Virus record (IMG/VR): IMGVR_UViG_3300045825_000547
Length of the DNA stretch: 64,000 bases
Direction: 5' to 3' (one strand)
From: an uncultured virus (IMG/VR IMGVR_UViG_3300045825_000547)
Lineage: Duplodnaviria > Heunggongvirae > Uroviricota > Caudoviricetes
Position 1 is the first letter of the stretch; the number at the start of each line of letters is the position of its first letter. The notes below the pieces were generated by a model, which ran no database searches, was not told the DNA's origin, and was given only the letters and a program-made list of their open reading frames with translations. Made by a program: the position numbers and the translations under genes. Positions 58,754-64,000 of the stretch are shown here, in pieces.

Positions 58754-60029
58754 AGAAACGTATTTGGAGATCTGTGAATCCACTAGGGAATCCGGGGAGC
58801 CTTGTAAGGAGACTCAAATACTCAATATCCTATTCCGCAACGATAGGATGGATTACCCGAAAACCTCTGAGGGTGAGGCTACAGTGGAGATAAGCCATTC
58901 CCATTACTATCCAGATAACGGACTAGACATTGAGATATCTGCGTCTATGATCAGCCATCTCACTGATAACATCACCACGGCTTGTGCAGAAAACTTTTTC
59001 TTTAACCAATGGTACGACCACTGGGAGAAAGAACGAGAAGAGGCGGACGACCCAAGCTGGGATATAAGTGTGGATAAGTTTTGGCAGTGGATAGCGGGGC
59101 TAAACCAAGACGAGTGGAAAGAGGAATTTAAAAAGATAAACACAGCCATCCTACAGACCGAGGGTATTTTATTTTTAATGAACCCAGATGATTCTACGCT
59201 AGACGCTCCTGAGTTTGGGAAAGAGGAGATAGGAAGTGATGATGGGACATTCTATTCTATTGGGGGCTCATACGATTCTTTCTTAGATCACTCGGCGTAT
59301 GTGTTGAGTATGTATCTAGGGACCGATATGTATGTGGTCATAGAAAACAACAATTCTTTTGGGGTGTTCCTTCTAACAGGGGACTGCCTCCCTTACCCAC
59401 AACCGAGAGGATGTTTACATGGGTACTTCCCTGCAATGGACTATATGCCTATAGGTCTTCTATCTGAGCTAGAGCAAGCTGATAAAAATATCGGTAAGCT
59501 TCACAAAAGATATAGCGGAGGGGAGATGAGTGATTGGGGCTTGGTTGACTTCATGCAAACCGGTACTGATCGTGGGGACAATTGCTACTGGGATGCCGAC
59601 GGAGATGGATACTTCGCAGAGGATGAGAAGCTAGGACTCCTTATCCAAGATCTCCCTATTATAGAGATTCCAGATTTTGAGGATTGGCTTGAAGACGAGG
59701 AGAAAGAAGAAACAGAATGGGTAGATGGCATCACCCTCAGTATCATAGAGTTCTATAAAGCGGCTGCCGCAAAGAAAGAAACGGATTCGTTCCTTCCCCC
59801 TATCGTGTGGGATCCTAACTGCTCTGCCTATTTCCTTGGGGGGAGAAAGATCCAAGCCGACAACACCACCACTCTCCCAGAAACCCCATATTGGAAAGTA
59901 GCACCCGCCCCAGGATCTCCAGTTTACTACGGTGCTTTGGGGTTAGGGGGAAGACAACTTGAACTATTCCCAGAACTACAAGTGGGAAACAGATTTTTGA
60001 ATCTCTGTAAAGGAGAAATGACATGTTAA
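58740..60029 (+). CDS. acidic hypothetical protein (paralogue A)
   Basis: Shares GITLSI, P-x-V-x-D, YF-x-GG and LP-x-TPYW with the next gene. Confidence 0.65.
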   Translation: MSLTKETYLEICESTRESGEPCKETQILNILFRNDRMDYPKTSEGEATVEISHSHYYPDNGLDIEISASMISHLTDNITTACAENFFFNQWYDHWEKEREEADDPSWDISVDKFWQWIAGLNQDEWKEEFKKINTAILQTEGILFLMNPDDSTLDAPEFGKEEIGSDDGTFYSIGGSYDSFLDHSAYVLSMYLGTDMYVVIENNNSFGVFLLTGDCLPYPQPRGCLHGYFPAMDYMPIGLLSELEQADKNIGKLHKRYSGGEMSDWGLVDFMQTGTDRGDNCYWDADGDGYFAEDEKLGLLIQDLPIIEIPDFEDWLEDEEKEETEWVDGITLSIIEFYKAAAAKKETDSFLPPIVWDPNCSAYFLGGRKIQADNTTTLPETPYWKVAPAPGSPVYYGALGLGGRQLELFPELQVGNRFLNLCKGEMTC

Positions 60030-61225
60030 CAGAACAAGATTACAACCGAATAGCCACCAGCTCTACCGGCAACGTAGAGCAAGTGATTAACGTGCTTAAC
60101 TTAGTCCTTGGCCAGCATGAGGATCAGGTCCCACCCTATGGGAAGATCCGGGCAGAGCACCAGGATGGGCGCCTCCATCTATCCGAAAGCTCATCAGGCG
60201 TTAACTATTTAGCTAGCCGATTGAAACTAGAACCCTATGCCAACACCTTTATCCATCAACTAGTGGAAGAACTTCAGATCACTTCCATGCACGAGTTATG
60301 GGAATGGTTTGAAGATGATCACCATTACTATAAAGACATTGTGAAAATCCAAAAGAAGCTTTTGTCTAAATACGGTATGGTTCAACTGCCGGATTCAGGC
60401 CCGGAACTAGAAGAACACTGGGAAGCAGACGAAGCCTTGGTTACTACGGACTATGGCATATTCCCTGAAAGACTTCTCTCCATTGGGCTTAACTGGTTAG
60501 GTGAAGATCTTCTTATCGTGGGAAGGGAACACCTGCCTCTTTCCTTTGCAGTGTTCTCCACTCTCACTGACTGGGGGGAGCTCTATTACCCAGAACCGGA
60601 GGATCTAGATATCAATATGGTGGCACCACCTGTGGAGTACTACCCGCAGGAGATGCTTGCGTTTGTGAATGCTAAAGGGGTTGAATTAAGTAAAGATACA
60701 CTGGATCCGGTCCGTTACACAGATGGCGATATGTATAGAGATATTCTTAGGGCATTCGACGTGGCGGGGGGCATTCGTGACGAATCTATGCACGACGGGT
60801 GCGGTGAACCAAACTATATAGAGTATAGTACGGCTGACGGGGATTGGACGGGGAAAGATGGCGATTGGGGCAGTATGTTTGATTTAAACAAAAACCTAAA
60901 AGGATCTATCGTAGTGCAGACCGATGATTTCTTTCAGTGGGTTGATGATGAGGGGAAAGACCCTGCCCATTTCCAAAACGGAATCACACTAAGTATTCAA
61001 CTGCTCTACGATACCCTAGAGCGACACTACTACGGAGATCATCGAGTATCTATACCGGTAGTGTATGATACCTACCTTAATCAGTATTTCTTTGGAGGAC
61101 TTCTTTTGCTAATAGAAGACCGGGACTATGAGTTACCAGATACCCCATATTGGTTATCCTATGGAACTCGAAAAGAAACAGCAAGTTTAGAACTATCTCA
61201 CCCTGAAATGAAAGTGGCTACTTAA
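60023..61225 (+). CDS. acidic hypothetical protein (paralogue B)
   Basis: Shares the motifs above with 58740; AAGGAG RBS. Confidence 0.65.
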   Translation: MLTEQDYNRIATSSTGNVEQVINVLNLVLGQHEDQVPPYGKIRAEHQDGRLHLSESSSGVNYLASRLKLEPYANTFIHQLVEELQITSMHELWEWFEDDHHYYKDIVKIQKKLLSKYGMVQLPDSGPELEEHWEADEALVTTDYGIFPERLLSIGLNWLGEDLLIVGREHLPLSFAVFSTLTDWGELYYPEPEDLDINMVAPPVEYYPQEMLAFVNAKGVELSKDTLDPVRYTDGDMYRDILRAFDVAGGIRDESMHDGCGEPNYIEYSTADGDWTGKDGDWGSMFDLNKNLKGSIVVQTDDFFQWVDDEGKDPAHFQNGITLSIQLLYDTLERHYYGDHRVSIPVVYDTYLNQYFFGGLLLLIEDRDYELPDTPYWLSYGTRKETASLELSHPEMKVAT

Positions 61226-61254
61226 AACATTTTAGTATTTAAAGGACACATAAT

Positions 61255-61797
61255 ATGTCTTATCCGATATTTGAAATAGGGCTAAGCCCTGAACCAGATG
61301 ATTTTGATATGGAATGCCTTCCTATAAACGAGGAGGCTTGTTTCATTAATCCCAACTGCTCAGAGTGGCATGGGAATGCATTTACTGAGCTTCCTATGAG
61401 GGAAGTGCTCACTGAATTCTTTGAGTCATTCCCTTTCTGGGATGAATCTATCCTTGACCACGTAGATGAAGCGGGTTACGCAGCTCTCTTCAAACATGAG
61501 ATGCTCGCTGCCCTCACTCCTCTAATAAATAACTCTGCACGTAAAGTGATGAGAAGTGTGAAAGGGATAAGCGACAAGTATATCCTTGATGCGGAGAGTG
61601 AAGCTCCTGTTTCTGTGGGGCTAATAACCGATGCGATAAAAGACTCTGCATACAAACAGTATCCTGTGCAACCTGGAATATATGAATCACAGTCTGGGTC
61701 TAACGCAGGCTTCAGCCTAGTGGAGATATTTGATCTTCTTGAAAAAGCGACAGAGGATATCTTGTACTTATCCAATACCATTGTGAGAATAAAATAG
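61255..61797 (+). CDS. acidic hypothetical protein
   Basis: AAGGA RBS. Confidence 0.6.
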   Translation: MSYPIFEIGLSPEPDDFDMECLPINEEACFINPNCSEWHGNAFTELPMREVLTEFFESFPFWDESILDHVDEAGYAALFKHEMLAALTPLINNSARKVMRSVKGISDKYILDAESEAPVSVGLITDAIKDSAYKQYPVQPGIYESQSGSNAGFSLVEIFDLLEKATEDILYLSNTIVRIK

Positions 61798-61806
61798 GAG
61801 GAAAGA

Positions 61807-62139
61807 ATGGACATCACTATCGGTTATATAAAGACCGGAAGCATAAAGATTATTAATCCATTCTCTGAAGAAGAATGGAAGGCCATGAACCCAGGAGCTA
61901 GACAAGATTGGGCAGAGAAGATCCTGGACGACACATCTGACGCTATCCTCCTAGAAGGCTTTAATGACTTCTCGAAAGAAGATGGTGGAGGCTTTGATTC
62001 AGTTCCCGACATATCATCTGTATATGGAATTACTGAGCCCTCAGATGATTCTGGTGGGGTTATCTTAGAAAACCGCACAGCCGTGTACGAAGCATATATT
62101 GCCCATCTACCAGCACTGGGGGAGGAATACATATTATGA
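61807..62139 (+). CDS. acidic hypothetical protein
   Basis: AGGAGG RBS. Confidence 0.6.
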   Translation: MDITIGYIKTGSIKIINPFSEEEWKAMNPGARQDWAEKILDDTSDAILLEGFNDFSKEDGGGFDSVPDISSVYGITEPSDDSGGVILENRTAVYEAYIAHLPALGEEYIL

Positions 62140-62855
62140 GGTTTGAGCTTGTGACAGAAGAACAGAAAGCGGTGGGGGAAACCCCTACCTATGCATTCCA
62201 TATAGATGGGGATGATTGCTACGATGATGACTCTAATTTTGATGAAGAGCAATTCACTATGTGTGTGGATAACTTTGATGAGATCATAAATGAGCTTAAC
62301 CCAAGATGCACTTCCATGCTTATCCGAGTATCTAACCTTGGGTGGAGAAGAGAAAGTGGACAACGAATCATAGATAGTGCATCAGGACAGGCTATTCGTA
62401 GAAGCTTTGCTGGCGACTACAGCCTATGTTACGGAAAGGGGGTAGAGCTAATTCCGAATAACCCGAAGTCTATTATCCTAACCTGCACACTCTATGAACA
62501 TGATACGCCGACAGGGGCACCTATAGAGATCTGGCCAAAAGCTGCAGTATTAGCTAGACTAAAACAATTGATAGCAGCCCTTCTTCCTGAAAACCGTTCC
62601 TTCTTATTGGTGGATGATATGATGGAACCTTCTGGTAAAGATCGCTATTGTCTGCAGCATTACGGACATTGCTGGCACCCATATAAATTGGATATGGATG
62701 AAGTGTTATCAGAGGACAACGATGACTTAGGGGATGAGGATGCAGTCCTTCAAGAAGATCTATGGGAACTCCTTCCGATGGAAGACCTTATTGCCTTCAT
62801 TTCTTACTTAGAGGGGAGAAAGAAAAGAGACCCAGAGGAAGAAAACTATGGGTAG
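62136..62855 (+). CDS. acidic hypothetical protein
   Basis: ATGA overlap; NLGWR..SG and HDTPTG motifs. Confidence 0.6.
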   Translation: MRFELVTEEQKAVGETPTYAFHIDGDDCYDDDSNFDEEQFTMCVDNFDEIINELNPRCTSMLIRVSNLGWRRESGQRIIDSASGQAIRRSFAGDYSLCYGKGVELIPNNPKSIILTCTLYEHDTPTGAPIEIWPKAAVLARLKQLIAALLPENRSFLLVDDMMEPSGKDRYCLQHYGHCWHPYKLDMDEVLSEDNDDLGDEDAVLQEDLWELLPMEDLIAFISYLEGRKKRDPEEENYG

Positions 62856-63366
62856 ACGAAGGAACAAAACTTATAAGTTCTCCCATAAGGATGACCCCCC
62901 TCCTAACGATGTGTGGGTTCTTGCGTATAATACTGGACTGGTTAAAAGCTTCTGGGGAACTTTCTATATCATCAAAACACCCGAATGGACATTCCGCAAT
63001 GGATGGTGGAAGCCTATCCCTAGTAGATGGCCTGGGGAAACCTATCGCCCTCAGGTGGATAGGATAGGCATTTACCCAGGGTGCGTGTTTGTAGCAGACC
63101 TTGCTGCCCAGTCATCTTATGATTCGAGCGGCCCGTGTTTGATATTAGGAGAGGCTTCCCTTCTCCCTCAAGCCTTCATTGAAAGCGCAATTAGATTAGC
63201 ACATACTCCAGAGTCATTAATTTCTCCTGAGGAGATTCGCATATTGAATGCAGAGGAGCTTAACTTTGAAAGGCTATTATCACAAGAACTATTTGCTAGG
63301 GGTGTTGATGGCATTCCATCAAGGTATCTCCCTTCCTACCCGGAAGGGAAAGGAGAAAGATCATGA
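62848..63366 (+). CDS. hypothetical protein
   Basis: Overlapping operon ORF. Confidence 0.55.
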   Translation: MGRRRNKTYKFSHKDDPPPNDVWVLAYNTGLVKSFWGTFYIIKTPEWTFRNGWWKPIPSRWPGETYRPQVDRIGIYPGCVFVADLAAQSSYDSSGPCLILGEASLLPQAFIESAIRLAHTPESLISPEEIRILNAEELNFERLLSQELFARGVDGIPSRYLPSYPEGKGERS

Positions 63367-63767
63367 GTAAAGCCACTTTTCTTATGCCTGATATTTGGTA
63401 TGAGCTGAATATTAAAAAGGGGGATGGCACTAGAATCATTTGGTTCAAGGCCGATGAAGCTCAGTGGGCGGAGAACAACATCCCCCCATTAGGGCGTTTC
63501 CTGTTCATCCACGCAAGTTTGGTTGATAAAAAGTTTCTCCGTCCTCTCTACGTGCGGTTCTATTTGACAGACTACCGGAGAACAGAGCCGGCTAAGCGAG
63601 GAACTGCTTGGGGATACATACCTGCGGAGATAGATGTGGCGGAGCTGCTGCTCCCTCTCTGGTATAAAGTTACTGATTTTCAGGAACCTTTCACTTGGGA
63701 TGTGCATAAAGATGATTTTGGGAACCCTATCTGCGATATCGAGTATCCGGGGGGACTCAGCAAGTAA
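63363..63767 (+). CDS. hypothetical protein
   Basis: AAGGAG RBS; ATGA overlap. Confidence 0.55.
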   Translation: MSKATFLMPDIWYELNIKKGDGTRIIWFKADEAQWAENNIPPLGRFLFIHASLVDKKFLRPLYVRFYLTDYRRTEPAKRGTAWGYIPAEIDVAELLLPLWYKVTDFQEPFTWDVHKDDFGNPICDIEYPGGLSK

Positions 63768-63803
63768 ATAAGGAGGTCTTTCTTGGCATAAGAACTATGA
63801 AAG
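63764..63803 (+). promoter_or_regulatory. phage promoter motif, copy 6
   Basis: GTAAAT-N17-CATAAG-AACTA-TGAAAG. Confidence 0.7.
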
Positions 63804-63860
63804 AAAGACTTGCTTATTGCATGTCTGGATTAAGGTCTATCAAGACCAAAAGGATCTTAT

Positions 63861-64000
63861 ATGAAAAACACAACACTCCAAAAAATCAAAGCCGTAAACG
63901 CGGCAGCTAAAACATCTACCGATGTGTTGGTCGATGTGTATCCGCCTATTGAAATACCTGTAAGAGGTTGGGGGAGCAGTAAAGCTTCCTTCTTCAGATT
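63861..64000 (+). CDS. partial hypothetical protein (runs off the window)
   Basis: AAGGA RBS; frame open to the end of the window. Confidence 0.45.
   Translation, partial: MKNTTLQKIKAVNAAAKTSTDVLVDVYPPIEIPVRGWGSSKASFFR

Noticed and set aside
1..64000. CRISPR array, tRNA or rRNA genes
   Set aside because: I saw no regularly spaced direct repeats or cloverleaf-like sequence in the intergenic gaps. This was by eye only; tRNAscan-SE and a CRISPR finder would confirm.
1..64000. Stop-codon reassignment (code 15 or 4)
   Set aside because: Genes are long and intact in the standard code. TAA, TAG and TGA all end genes at tight gene junctions.

Overview
This 64-kb window looks like part of a large, probably jumbo, myovirus-type phage genome that uses the standard genetic code. 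The head and neck module (scaffold-like proteins, decoration protein, major capsid, adaptor) is interrupted by an early-type gene and a solo TnpB with its omega-RNA end. A minus-strand replication module follows, with a YqaJ exonuclease, an intein-containing family A DNA polymerase and a zinc-finger/TOPRIM/SF2 primase-helicase. Next come a 0.9-kb intergenic region with a perfect 23-bp inverted repeat, the portal, a holin, baseplate and fibre genes, the sheath, three tube paralogues, a patatin and modular fibre genes. The last ~21 kb is a plus-strand early/accessory region with HNH, PcfJ-like/leucine-rich repeat, sigma factor, lysozyme, RecR, ParB-like, RHH and many acidic proteins. Strongest signals: (i) six copies of a non-sigma70 bipartite promoter-like motif, GTTAAT-N17-YATAAG-N4/5-TGA; (ii) a recurring K-x-A-S motif plus a shared N-terminal leader on unrelated proteins, including an HNH nuclease, suggesting a capsid-targeting/processing code; (iii) a polymerase with the steric-gate Glu and the motif-B Tyr both substituted; (iv) a candidate origin or pac site. 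All product calls come from motifs recognised by eye. No database search or computation was run.
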